DNA from: Felis catus
Taxonomy: Eukaryota
Direction of reading: 5' to 3'
DNA length: 64,000 nt
Assembly (NCBI RefSeq): GCF_018350175.1
Contig: NC_058368.1
Span: 26,104,001-26,168,000, forward strand
The position numbers were made by a program, and so were the translations under genes. Below are positions 49,974 to 62,716 of the stretch, piece after piece (positions within the stretch are counted from its first letter, which is position 1; every line of letters begins with the position of its first letter). Under the pieces are notes generated by a model. The model searched no databases. It worked only from the letters and a program-made list of their open reading frames with translations, and was not told the origin of the DNA.

Positions 49974-51399
49974 ACTAGATCATAATTCTTGGCCTGGTAC
50001 CCCCACCACCCCCAGATGTCAGCCTCAAACAGGATAGAAAATATTTAACCACATTTTGAGTCTTCTTTCCATTGTGCCTAGGAGTTATGTTACTGACGTA
50101 CCAGAATATAATCACACAAAATTGTAATTTCAATAGAAGGAAAAAGTGTATGCATACATATTTAAATATACAATAACATCTTTTTGAGACCTATTTTAAT
50201 GAGTTAGTCTTCCAGAAGTTTCTGTGTTTTAAAGATGGTGGGGGGATAAAGAAGATGGGGAAAGAATTCAGAGGTAGAACTCTGGATGCAAAGGATTCAG
50301 ATCTTGGGGCACCTGGATAAAAGAGAGTTTTAACCAAGGGGTCTTATGTGGACCCCTTAAACCTTATGGTGTAGATGGGGCGGAGTCTGCATACATTACT
50401 GGTCTTTACAAGGGTGGCCCCACCCCCACCGCATGATTAATGAGATGTTTCCATGGAGGACCCTAGTCCAGAATGGTTTGAAATACCACAAGTGTCTGGA
50501 GTGGCAGCTGAATTGCAAGGGGATGGGACTGAACAAGGGAGCAAGAAACTAAAGAGAAACTGAATCTGCCCATCGGGTCTTTTTTGAAGGCAGCCCCGGT
50601 AGTGTATTTTGCTAAATACTTTCAGAGGGTAAAAGCTATAATTTCTGTGGAAAGAAAGAAAAAGTATGAATTAAATATCGGATTTCATCCCAACGTTCTG
50701 ACATAATAAACTAAGAAAAGACCAGATTTGGTGGGATGGGAGGGGGGGGGGAAGGAACTCAACCTTTCTGCTTTACTTGGCCACTACAGAATGTCCCCAT
50801 TTGATAAATGTTTATGATGGTGATCCTGGTGAAAATATGAGCGCCTCTTTCTGAACAAAAAGCATTTCATTAGCAAATCATTTGCAAAGAATATGAGCCA
50901 GGTATTAAAAGACTGATAGAAACTTAGAAAGGGTAATGTCAAGATATTTAAAAATGACCAAAAAATGGAAGACGGCTTAAGTACATAGAGTGGCAAAAAT
51001 ATACGTTTGCTCTTTGGAGCAGCAAAGAGATGTCAGTTTATGGAACGAGGAAATGATGGGTCTCTAAACACACTATTTTGATGAGTCGCAGCTGATGACT
51101 ATGTTCTGTGTGGGGCATTTTGGAGAGTTTTTGTATGTGCGTGTGCTAAAGTACAAAGAGTTGTATGTAACCACCTCCTAGGGCTTGCAACTGACCTTCC
51201 TCCCAGTGGCTACTTTGCCCCAACTCTGGATCTCTGGTCACACAACTTTTTTTCACATTCCCTGATGCTTTGGTTTGCGTTTTTATCATTTTTCCTTAAG
51301 TTTTCTACAATCTCACCACCTACCTCCAGAAATGATATATCCTCCTTCTTCAGTAAGAAAATGGCAGTTGTTTGGTCTATACCTCTTCAGCTTCCATCC

Positions 51400-53040
51400 C
51401 CTCTCGTCAAAGTCAATGATGCCTTTACCCAACCTTCCCTCCTTCCTGTCTCAGGGGAGGTACCGTCCTTGGTTCTTTCCAGGGCTGATCCATTTCCCTG
51501 TGGTCTTGATTCTCGATGTATCACTCATCGCCAATCTCCCCCTCTTTCTCTTCACTGGCATTTCTCTAATCCATATACACATTGAATTTCCACCATCCCT
51601 AAATTAAACACACCATCTTGCAATGGCCATTCGCAACTTGCTCCCTGCCTGTCATTGCTGTTGACCAGACCTGGGGCCCCATGTCCCTGGGAAATGGTTG
51701 CTTCACCTCCTCTCTGTTGTCAAAGTCGTAAAGACTCCTAGGTTCTGACAAGTCCCCCTTCTGCACGCCATAATCTCCCTCAGAACACCAACTCTTCCCT
51801 GCCCCGGGGCTGGGGCTCCCATGGCCTCCCTTGTCTCAGACTTGACTTTCTCCCATAGACCTGGAGCCTCCTCCTCATTTTTGAATTGTACCTTGCAAAG
51901 CTGTTCTGCAGATCCAGTGAAATAATGGATGTGAAGCCACATAAAACCATTTAAGAAATGGCAGCTCTTATCAGGGTTAACTTCCCCTGACTGTAGAAAA
52001 ATGACTCTTAACACCCTACCCCCGGGTCCCCCAAGCCTGCCCTCTATTCCCTCTGTCCACCAGTCAGCATCCTGAGCTGAGGCTGCGCACCGAGCTCTCT
52101 CCCCACAAATGACATGCCGGCCTATGTGACTGTGTTCAAGGTGCCAGCTGCCCTCCACCCTGCACCCTCCATCCCACACAACTTGAATTCCCCAGTAGGG
52201 TGTATTTCCATAGTTTCTGCTTTGTCAGAGTAAATGGACCACGGCACTGTCCGCTCCATGACACGTAACATCTCAAACCTTGGCTATATAGGTTGTGACT
52301 TATCAATTTATTCCTTAGGACCTAAATTCCTCAAAGGTCAAAGTCCACTCTCCAAGGAGCTGAGTCTTTCCTCTCTCTCTCGTTAGCACGTCCTTCTGCA
52401 GACTGGCTCTTGGAATCTCTCCTGTTGTAACTAATTTCCCTCAAACTCCTTTCTCTCTCTTCCTTTTCCTGCTCCCCTGCTCTGAGAGCCCCTCTGATGT
52501 CGTGTACCTTTCTTGCCTGAGCAGGCTCATGTATTCCTACAACTTTAGCTAGTAACGCCAAAACACGTGACACGAGTGTGGGCCCTCCCTAACTCCAGAC
52601 CCAGAAGGCCTTTAAACTATTCACTTCCAACAGTCTCTGGTCCCCTTCCTTCCCCCTGTATCCTCTAACTCTGTGAGTGGAAAACTCACCCACCTCCAGT
52701 CAAAGCAGAAAATTCCGTTACCACCGACCCCACCGTCACCTACAGCTCCAACTACAAATTCCATCCATCTCTGCGTTTTATCCCTTTTTGCCTCTTTTGC
52801 ATCTTTTCACTATGTTTAGTTCAAACTCTCACGATTTTTTCTCTGATTTCAATAACCTTCCAACTGGCCTCACTTCTAGCCACCGCATTCTGGGGCCAGC
52901 TATCTTTAGAGAATTCACATCGCCACCCTGTTTAAATGCCTTTGACAAGACTCCTTTGCCAAAATCGTTAGTAAAGCATTCCATATCCTTCACAATCAGG
53001 CTCCAGTTTGTTCTTTTATGCTCACCCCTTGCCAAAAGCC
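51400..53040 (+). mobile_element. Fragmented old L2
   Basis: Pyrimidine-rich L2-like blocks such as ctctttctcttcactggc and aataaccttccaactggcctc; boundaries approximate. Confidence 0.5.
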
Positions 53041-53579
53041 CCTTGGACCCAGGCTGAGTGGGACCTTGCCTCTGTTTTGTTATTTCATTTCATCAACTGA
53101 TCAACTAATTTTCACTCACAGGTTTTCTCCTCTGCCAAACAGCTCGGTTCTGCCTGAATTGTTTAGGCATATGCAGATGATTCAATCCCAGAAAATATCT
53201 TTGCGTGGATATTTTCAGTCATCAAATGACATAAACACTTTACACATTAATCACGGAGTTTATAAAATTTCAAAGGAAACCTATAACTATATGATGGCAT
53301 CTCAGAAATGTTTGAAAGAATCGTGGCATAATGATATTAGCAGAATGATTCTCAAAACTTTTTCCCATTAATATCAAACGCTTATTTACACAAGCTATGG
53401 GAAGGAAATAGCACAAATAACTCACAGCATTAAGTATAGAAATAGATGTATTTTGTTGTGTAATACATTATATATTTTTTTCTGTCTTGCAGAGTGACTT
53501 TTCTAAGGAGGCTCTTGTTAGATTGAGAAAAATTAATTTCTAATCCCAGACATCACGCAGCTCATGCTAAACTGGGGAG

Positions 53580-54057
53580 TGACTCAGAAACATGGGAATT
53601 TCAGGCATCAGGCTGACTGGGAGACAATATCTGTTAATAATATGAATTTTAACATGAATTTATAACTCTAATTTGGACTTCAAATGTGTTTTTCTGGCCC
53701 CGCTTGGCTGTTGATTTGCTTTCATTTTATGCGGTCATGTCTTATGTCTTAGCTAAAGACTGTCATTAACGCTACACCAGGAACCTGCTTCCTGAGGCGT
53801 ACTTTATACTGCCAGGAATGTAGAAAGTTGGTGAGTTTTTGTTTCTTGGTCATTGTGTACGGGTCAGACGTAAAGCACATTCACACAGTGGAGTCTACAA
53901 AATATAGTCATTGTTGAAATGAGAGGTCATTCTATTTTTACTCACTTTCACTTTAATTGCAAATTGTTAGTGCAGGAATTTCCACAAAAGGGTTATGCAA
54001 GCATGCCCAAATTGCTTGAAATATTTTCCACTTCTCTGACTCCCCATGGGAAAAGCC
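53580..54057. promoter_or_regulatory. Putative inflammatory-type enhancer motif cluster (AP-1, kB-like, IRF/PRDM1, C/EBP)
   Basis: TGACTCA 53580; GGGAATTTCA 53594; ctcactttcacttt 53941; GGAATTTCC 53975; TTATGCAA 53993; repeat-poor context; motif evidence only. Confidence 0.35.
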
Positions 54058-54747
54058 ACTAGGTTGCATTTGTGGCATCTCAGTTGGTTCAAGCAGCCTA
54101 ATTGGGATTTAGAAGCTCTAAACTGCGCAGGTTTACAGAGGGACATCCAGGATTGGCACTCCTGTCTCCATTTCCTCCTTCGAATCTGGAAAAGTGTAAA
54201 TTACCCATGTAACCTACAACCCGAATGATGGCAGCTGACATCCAACTTTTGTTTGTTCACTGTCCCATTTTTACATTTCTTTAAAATGATTAAAAAAAAA
54301 AAAGATTTGAACTCTTTGCCAGGAATTTCATCAGGAAGCAAAATACACTATTGTCCTCTTTAAAAAAAGGGGGTTCGCATCTCATATGAGAGAAATACAC
54401 TCCTGGGCACAGGTAACTTTCCTGTCTCTTGGGCAGAAGCACCTAATCACTGCCCCATCTGTCAGAGCCACCTAATTGCAAACAGGGGCCCTTTCACAAT
54501 GTAGTGAATGAAGGCAAAACAATTAATTAAAGCTCAGAGGAAAAGAGTTGTTTAAAAGTACATACTCCCCTCAAGAAGTAGAACTCTTACTGTGATCTTG
54601 CATTGATTCTCTCTTGTGCTTGCTTACTTACCCTCATCCATGTATCCATGCAAATTTCATTTGTCCTACTTTTCAATTTCTGCTGTCTAACATTCAATGT
54701 GATTTAAACAAGTCAGAGAAAAGGCCAAAGTCAGCAGTTCTTTGTTT

Positions 54748-54895
54748 GCCTCGCAAGCTTTGCCGTGCGTATAAATCTCTGGGGGTCTTGTTAAGAGAGC
54801 AGATTCTGATTCAGTGGGTCTGAGGGGGACCCAGGAAGCAGCATTTCTAGTGGGCACCCAGAAGTTCTGCCCTTGCTGCTCCCAGACCACAATTT
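54748..54895. mobile_element. MER5A-like element
   Basis: tcttgttaagagagcagattctgattcagtgggtctgagggggacccagg...gcatttcta. Confidence 0.8.
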
Positions 54896-55217
54896 TATTA
54901 GGAATGATCTAGATTATTAGATACTCTCCCCAATGTGTACTGAGACTTCATCTTTTCAGGATTGCTGTGCAAACCTGTCTCCGTCTTACTTGTCCATACA
55001 ATAGACACATCCCAGATTATCATGCCTACTTCTCCTCTTCTCAAACCCACTTTCCTCCTTGGCCTCATTGCTATTTCCTCTGGAATCCTTAAGGAAGCAC
55101 ATCGGTATCTAGGGCTCTGATAGATCACACAAGGAATATGTTCAAGATGTATTCCTTCCTGACAGTTTTAGAAACAAAATGACACACGTGTTCTCTTCTC
55201 AATTATAACAACTGTGG

Positions 55218-55375
55218 TGAGGCAGCGCGCTGTTTGGAAAAAGGCACTGGGCGTGAGTAATGTGTACAAAACTCCCTGAGGGTCTTAAGCTTATGTGCCT
55301 CAGTTTCCTTCTTGGTAAAAAAACAACAAGGCTGAATTTGATGATCTCTAAAGCCCCCTTCTGCTCTAACTTAAC
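55218..55375 (+). mobile_element. MIR (MIR3-like)
   Basis: gaggcagcg...gcctcagtttcctt...gatgatctctaaagcccccttctgctctaac. Confidence 0.75.
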
Positions 55376-55956
55376 CCTTTATGACTCTGACAGTTGGGTC
55401 ATTTAATCATCTGGAGGAACTCTTACTGGCCTAAACCAATGGATGCTCTTTTAGGAGGGTCAATCTACTACTACTGAACACTCTTGAACTCATCAGATTC
55501 TGCTCCCAGGAGGATATTACCCCACTCAGAAGAATAGCATGATGCCACTGCATCCTCTTCAGTTTATACCCACCCACCGTTATGGCTGGAGTGTCTGGGT
55601 CTAAGCTCTTCACTGGCAACAGAGGCAGTCATGAGGATCGTGCCTGGTTGCCAGGACCACAGGGCTTGGCCGGACTAGGCATGAATTTACCCAAGGCACA
55701 AGAAGTCTGCCTAACCCAAAACAGGACGTAAAAAGCGAATCTAAGAAGAGAAGCCAGAGATGAGACCTGGAGTGAGGTGGAACCACGGTCAAGAAAATTA
55801 GAGGTGATCAGAAACTAGAAGGCGTGGGAACAATCCTGGAAGCAGAATCTGAAAGGACACGGAGTGAGTGGTTTTTGGGGGGAGATTGTGAACGATTTCA
55901 GGGGCTAAAACTAATGTTTGAGTTGCTCCATTAAAGGAGCTACTCACGGCTAGTCA

Positions 55957-56080
55957 GAGAACTTTGTGAGGGCAGAACCTCTACTCATTTTTTGCCAAAT
56001 ACCTCTAACAGTTACCTGATCCAATAAAAGATGAGCCTGTGGGAATGAATGAAGGAATGAATGAATGAATGAATGAATGA
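55957..56080 (+). mobile_element. L2 extreme 3' end with (GAAT)n tail
   Basis: tgagggcagaacc...gaatgaatgaatgaatgaatga. Confidence 0.7.
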
Positions 56081-58222
56081 AACAAGTAAATTTTCAGACC
56101 ACGTAATTTATCCACACTCCTCACATCTATTTTCTCCTTTTTCTTTGCCACCATACAAGTTCATATCCTCATTATTTCTCAGGCAAACCAGAGGAACTCC
56201 CAGTTCTCCAATGCCTCCCAATTTAATTTCATTCTACAGACTGCAGCAGGATTGGTTCTCTTGTTTGTGCCTTAGTTATTTGTATATTCTGTTCCAGCAG
56301 AGAAAGTAAATCTCTTGAGGTCAGAGGCAGTGTTCTACCAAGTTTTATATGTTCACTCCAGCTAATACTCAATAACTGTTTGTTGAAGTGAATCACCGTG
56401 TTCATTATAAGTCATTACAAGATCAATATCCTGAACATTTAAGGCACTATCTTTCTTACTATATTATTTTTTAATACTCAGGTATCCAAGAGTTATAGTT
56501 GACTACAAAGTTCTTATAAAATCAACTCATTTAACCTTTCCCGTTAGTTATTCCTTTAGAGTTAAATTAGTACTTTTTTAAGTTAAGAAAACCTTTTATG
56601 AAGTAGCGAGTCATTACTTATTGTTAAAGTAGCATATTCTGAGAGGTTTGGGTACTTCTTCCCCACAAATGCACCTATTCACACATGCACAATCTTGCAT
56701 ATGATTTCAAGGGGTTCGGGAGTCCCCTAAAGCCCTTGCAAGCCCTTAAAGTTGATGGAAGTCAAGCCTAGAACTTCTGCTGGAGAAGAATAAAGGTTTT
56801 CTACAGCCAAAAGACTCTACCTTGTTCCCCCCTGTGCACCCCTCCCCCAGGCTTGCCACCTGGCATTTAGAAATGCAGAGGACCAATCCATCAATACCCG
56901 TTTTGAAACTGAAAACAGAAAATAGACAGGAGGTAGGGTACAGTACATTTTGTACTCTTGTCAACAATGATCTGTATCATGGGATTATAGAAATCAAGGA
57001 AGGATTGGCTGATGTGACCACTCTTGGAAAAATAGGCAGGTGCTTTTGAAATTGCCAGCTGATGAAAGAGAGCACACAGTATTACCTCCACCCAGCCCTG
57101 CTGGCCCCTGGGAGCTTCTAACTGTCCTTGAGGAAAAGTTGAGAGCAGGGGATGGTTCTGAGCCTGAGGATCAACCCCTACCCGTTTTTTTCTTTGAAGA
57201 TCCCTTTCCCCATCCCTTCAGTTTCAAAATAGTGTGTGGGTCTGACATATAGGAAAGGTTGCTAGGAGAAGGGGGATTAGGGCCTCAAAAATAAAAAATG
57301 AAGCTAACCTGTCAAATGTTGACTTTAGTTTAATTTCCCGACAGCTTCATCCCAGAAGTAAGGGCTTCCAAGTTTCTGATTCAAGAGAAGATATTTCCAT
57401 ATACTTTGCAATTTTGAAAGAAGAAATTTCTCTGATGCAAGTTGTCACAGCATGATGGAAGAGAACAGGAAAATCTATTGAGATCTCAGGATTTGCTCAC
57501 CTCTCACACATTTTCTTTTCACCCTTTTTACCAGCCTTCCGTCTTACAGTGATAGTTTCATCAGGATCTAACCAGCATTTGAAACAGGATCCTCAACCTC
57601 CTTACAAGCCCGTGAACCTTCCTTGGGCCCCACCAGTTCGGCTCATGATTGATTTTGCAACATGTTGAGAGACAGATAATTTGATAAGCGGCGTGTTGAC
57701 GCATAAAAAGCGTAGCCATTGCTTACCAATTATGTAAGAAATTTGTGATGTGATAGACATCATCAATTTTGATTTATGTCACCAGAATAAGTAAAATGAT
57801 GGGGCAGGAATAGTACGTATTTCATCTAATTAACCTGTGAAGAAACTAATTGTTCTGTGGCAGGCTTCACATTCAATCATTTTAAAATGAGAAGGAAGCA
57901 AGTTGCAAGCAGAATAACAGGTATTAAGAGAGGTACGTAAGTTGAAGACCCTACATTTGGAGGCATATGGATTTAAAATTAATCCAAGCCTCATTTGGTA
58001 ACAGGGTACAGAGTATCCATGAATACAAAGGAGTGGTGTTCTAGGAGCCTGTTCCTATAACTTCTGCTCATTAACTCATGCTCTTAATTATACTCTCTTA
58101 TACAAATCAATCAGATGATTTACACCGTTCTCCAAGAAACTTAATTTTGTACAGAAAAGGGAGGCATAGTATGTTTTCAGATATGACCTAGCTCAGTTAC
58201 CTATAGATGTAAGGTTTAGTCC

Positions 58223-58427
58223 TTTTTCAGAGACAGAGAGACAGAGTATGGGAGGGGGAGGGGCAGGGGCAGAGAGAGAGGGAGACACAGAATCTGAGGC
58301 AGGCTCCCGGCTCCCGGCTCCCAGCTGTCAGCACAGAGCCCAATATGGGGCTCGAACTCACAGACTGTGAGATCGTGATCTGAGCTGAAGTCAGATGTTT
58401 AACCGACTGAGCCACCCGGGGGCCCCC
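58223..58427 (-). mobile_element. Can-SINE lacking a tail
   Basis: SINE body present; no T-rich tail and no TSD; ggctccc repeated three times. Confidence 0.92.
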
Positions 58428-58489
58428 CTCCTCCCCCGCCCCCACCCCTGTTCCACACTTGTAAAATAGGATTATAAGCGTCGGACCTA

Positions 58490-58690
58490 GAACTTATTAA
58501 CACTTTCACTGTGTCAAACGCTGTGCCTGGCGTCTTGATGTATTATCTTTACTTCCTTAAGCAACTTTCCCAAAGAGATATTATTATCTCCACATTACAG
58601 AGGAGTAAGTTGAGGCACAGAGAAAAGAATTAATTACCAGAAGCACCATAAGAGACAAGTGATGGATCTACAATTGGAACCCTCTATGGG
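58490..58690 (-). mobile_element. MIR
   Basis: attattatctccacattacagaggagtaagttgaggcacagaga. Confidence 0.75.
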
Positions 58691-58715
58691 GCTCCAAGAT
58701 AGTCCCCAAGGAGCT

Positions 58716-59149
58716 TGGACTAATTTGCTAAGGCAGCGGTCATGAAGTGTCATAGGCCGAGTGGCTTAAGCAATAGCCATCGATTGTCTCACTGTTCTGG
58801 AAGCCAGAAGTTTGAGATCAGGTGTGGTGAGGATGGGCGGCAGACGGTTCTAGGCCTCTGTCCTAGCTTCTGGTGGATTGCCAGTAATCTTTAGCATTCC
58901 CTGACTTGTGGCATGATAGCTCCAGTCTCCACATGGCGTTCTCCCTGTGTTCATGTTTGTCTAAATCCCCCCTTTTTTGTAAGAATACTAGTTACATTGG
59001 ATTACAAGACCATCTTACTCCAGTATGATCACATCTTAACTAATTTCACCTGCAACCACTCTGCTTCCAAATGAGGCCACGTTCAGAGGGACTGGGGATA
59101 AGGGCTTTAGCATAGGAATTGTCGGGGGACACAACTGACCCCCATGACA
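58716..59149 (-). mobile_element. MaLR solo LTR (MLT1B/C-like)
   Basis: gtggcttaa...tctcactgttctggaagccagaagtttgagatca...cacatggcgttctccctgtg...gggggacacaa...catgaca; TSD gagct/gtgct. Confidence 0.9.
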
Positions 59150-59316
59150 GTGCTTATAATCTTGTTAAGGTTCTAAGACAGAAGTACACGAAGAGTTTAT
59201 TAATAATAGGACCTATGCAATACTTGCAGATCACCCTTTATGGCAGAGTGCATTAGCGTTTTCTTTCGTGGATAATTAGTGCTAACCCTTCAGAAACTTA
59301 AGAAAATCACATTTGG

Positions 59317-59655
59317 CCGCGTGACCGGGGAATGCCTTATACTGGAATGGGGTTTGAACTGAGTGGAAATAAATGGCCTAGTCCGCGGGGCCAGTGGAGA
59401 GAAGAAAGAGGGTTGTTGCGCTGGGTGGAACAGCAGGCATTCGTTAGAAGTTGCGAGATAGGTAAAGAAGGGATACAGTCGCTGCCATCAGGGAGCTTAC
59501 GACTGAGCCTCAGAGGCACGAATCAAACTTGAGACAAGTAACCACCGAGGCAAAAGTTGAATGCATGATCTTCACCGTCACATACGTGGGCAGCTGTGCA
59601 ACACGGTGAACTGCGGCGGCCGCACGAGTGACAGAGGGGGTCACGGTGAGTTCCG
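59317..59655. promoter_or_regulatory. Small CpG-rich patch in unique sequence, followed by a strong splice donor
   Basis: About 21 CpG in ~340 bp by hand count; GCGGCCGC 59616-59623; ACG|GTGAGT after 59645. Confidence 0.35.
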
Positions 59656-60042
59656 GCACTTTGAGAATGTTCATGGGTCAGTGGTGATGTGAGCTGGGAT
59701 TTTTTTTTTTTTTTAAGGGTGGATTTTGTTATAGGAGAGCAGCAGGGAGAGGGGTTCCCATGGAGAGAGAGGGAGCTGTACATCCAGGTAGTGAAATCTG
59801 AGGCCTACCTGAAAGCCATCAGACGTGCCATTTGGGCAGGGACATCGGGCTCTTGTAAGGGAATGCTCTCGGGCTACCTTCAATTTTCCAGAATCCCGCC
59901 TCAAAGCTACCACCTGGGAAGGCGTTTGCCAAAGTATGTGGTCAAAACCTGTGTTCTATAGGACAGGGATAGGTGTTCTTCAATTTTTTTAAGTAGTTGC
60001 AGGTTTAATAAATTTAGGAAATAGTGCATTAATTAATGGTAA

Positions 60043-60489
60043 TATTTCAGTCAGGTACCGGCAGAAAATAAGTGGCTTATGCCAAGTGAGTCGTGTCGGG
60101 AGACTTTAGTCAACGACTGGGCAAGGCTTGAGGCAACCACAAAGGAAGGGACAGTGGCCCAGGGCTGGTAGTGGCAGGAAGCCATTAACCATCCCTGGGC
60201 TGAAGGGTGAGGTATAGAAAGGCTATACTGCATGTGCAGAGGGGATGACAGGACCCGTGTCTTTGAGCTGAGGAAGGCAGCCAGCCCAAGGTGACTCGGT
60301 CGGGCAGAGTCAGGGGAATGAATACACTTCCCACCTCATTCTTCCCCACCCAAGACCTCCTGTTCAAACCTTGCTGATGCCAAAGTCCCACTGATGATAG
60401 ACAGCGTCGTTAGAAGTTGCGAGGACACAAAGCAGGGGGGAGATGATGCAAAGTGGAAGTGGAGGGACAGATGGAAGGTTTCCAGCACA
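60043..60489 (-). mobile_element. ERVL solo LTR (LTR33-like)
   Basis: aaccacaaagga...cagccagccc...caggggaatgaatac...ggagggacagatggaaggtttccagcaca matches recalled LTR33 consensus. Confidence 0.8.
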
Positions 60490-60689
60490 GGCAACAGTTA
60501 CTTCACAGGAGGGCCTCTTATCGGATTTAATATGTTAATGTGTTAATGACCCTACAAAGCAGGCTAAGGAAGGCAGTATTCCCAGACTAGTTTTACCACA
60601 AAATTCCTTTTCTGAAGACCTCTAGGACCGGTGATCAAAGGAATCCAAATTGGGAATCTTTGATCTGTGGCATGAAATCCAAGCCTCTT

Positions 60690-61240
60690 CTATCCGTCAA
60701 GCTTCTTTCAAATCAAAGCGTTGGAAACCAATCTCAGGCTAGTTTAAACAAAAAGAAAATCTGTTTGGTTTACACATAATTGGTGAGTTGGGAGGGGGCC
60801 ACTGATTCAGGCATGGATGGACCCAGGAGCTTTAAGTAGGGCGAGAGCCCCGTTGGTCCCTACGGCATTCCACTCTGCTGCTGGTCTCGGCCAAGCTTAA
60901 TTCTGCACGCTGGCTCTCACCACCAGGTGAGCAGCACTACAGACTACCTCACACCCATTCCCCCAGCTCAGCAATCCCAGTGAAGGAGGGCCTTCTCTCT
61001 CCCCATGCACATATACAAATCCCATGACACTTCTGAGTGCTCCCACACCCAGACGGTAGAGTGTCCATCTCTAAACAACACCTGTGCTCCCCTCCTGAGG
61101 TCCTCTGATTGACTCCTCTCAGCCCTTTGGAGTTGGGGAAGGTGACTCAACCCATTTTGACACTCACCAGGACCATATCAGCCCAGGGAGAGGGGAAGGA
61201 CTAGTCCAAAGAAACAAGAAAGAGGGTCATAAAAAAGCAT
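60690..61240 (-). mobile_element. Old MaLR LTR (MLT1J/K-like)
   Basis: ttcaggcatggatggacccaggagct...ccagctcagcaatcccagtg...ctctgattg. Confidence 0.6.
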
Positions 61241-61606
61241 GCGAACTTAATGCAAATTAAAATGATAGCTTCCATGATCCACTGCATTTCTTTACAGGGT
61301 GTTCATGGCTTCCCCCAAATTGGGCCTCGAACAATGTATTCCAATAGTCTCTTCATGACCTCCCTGCTCCAGCCAGACTAGTTTACTTGTACACAGCATA
61401 AATTCCCAAGTTTGTTCCTTAGACCCTCATAGATTTGAATCCAGCCTTGTCTGAATCAGGTCTCAGGACTGCAACAGATCCTGTCTACTGTGTCTCCCAC
61501 CCCTCACTACAAAACTGCGATTCTTTGTTTTCTGTCCTCCTAACTCCTGGTGCATTAAAGTTCTACCCCATCCCTTTGATCTTTATGACACCCCGCTCTT
61601 TCTTGT

Positions 61607-61608
<2 letters not shown>

Positions 61609-61642
<34 letters not shown>
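61609..61642. repeat. (GT)n microsatellite within an L2 3' relic
   Basis: Read directly; followed by L2-like ccctagactataagctccttga. Confidence 0.9.
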
Positions 61643-61644
<2 letters not shown>

Positions 61645-62716
61645 TGTATCCCTACAGACACCCCTAGACTATAAGCTCCTTGAACTCTGTGAGAACATAC
61701 CTTTGTATTCTGTATCTTCCTACCTTTGTATTCTGTACCTACCTCGCCCGGCACATTGTGGATGTCAATTAAATGTGCTTTGGTTGTTTTTTCACAGGTT
61801 TGAGGTTAGCATCCCATCTTTTCTTGCTTGCCTGCATTGCCATCAGTCCTTTATGTCCTCCATGCCAACCTGTAGAGTGGCTTTGAGAAATGTTCTTGCC
61901 CTCGTGGGGTCCCAGTCTCCCGTCAAGTGGATTAGCATTGTCGATATTGTGGAAAAGAATTATCCACTAATTCATTTATTCATTCAGTTAGTCGCTTATT
62001 CAGCTCTCATTGACCACCTTCTGTGAACAACACACCGTTGTGTGTCGAAACATTTTACCGCGCTCCTGTACAAAGGAATTGGCAACATCTGACAAAACTA
62101 CATATACGTTTACCCTTTGACCCCGCAGTGCTGCTTCTAGGAATTTACCTTGAAGGTAGATCTCCATTTGTGGGAAACACTGTATGTACAAAAATTTTTC
62201 ATTATGGAAATTTTGTAATAGAAAAATTAGGAAGCAACCTAAATGTCCATTCTTAGAAGATGGTTGAATAAACTACAAAACACCCACATAATGGAATACT
62301 ATATAACCCTAAAAATATTTGAAAAAGATAGTTATGAGTTGATGGATTTCCGATATGTATTGCTAAGAGAAAATAGAAGCAAGGCACAAAAGCGTACATA
62401 ACGTGCTAGCTTCTATGAAAGGAAAATATAAAATACTATATTTGCTGATTTTTGCACAATGAAACATGCAAAGCATATGAACTGGAAATTAATGAAAATG
62501 TCTACTTTCAGGATATGGGGGAAACAGATGGAAGTGATAGGGATAGAGCAAAGCATCTGAAAGTTTTAACTTGAACCATGTCTTCTACATACTCAAAAAT
62601 GAAACTAAATTTAAAAGAATGAAACCAAGCATTCAAATTGAATGCAAATATAAACAAATGAACATAACTGCATATCAAATTGGTAACCTAACCACAGAGA
62701 CAAAAGAAATCATCCA

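Noticed and set aside
49524..53511. Similar 19-20-mers agtgact(a)tttctaaggagg at 49524 and 53493
   Set aside because: Short, gapped, 4 kb apart and without junction signatures; cannot be told from chance
55400..55870. Possible very old LTR-like segment
   Set aside because: No termini, TSD or family-diagnostic motif that I can support
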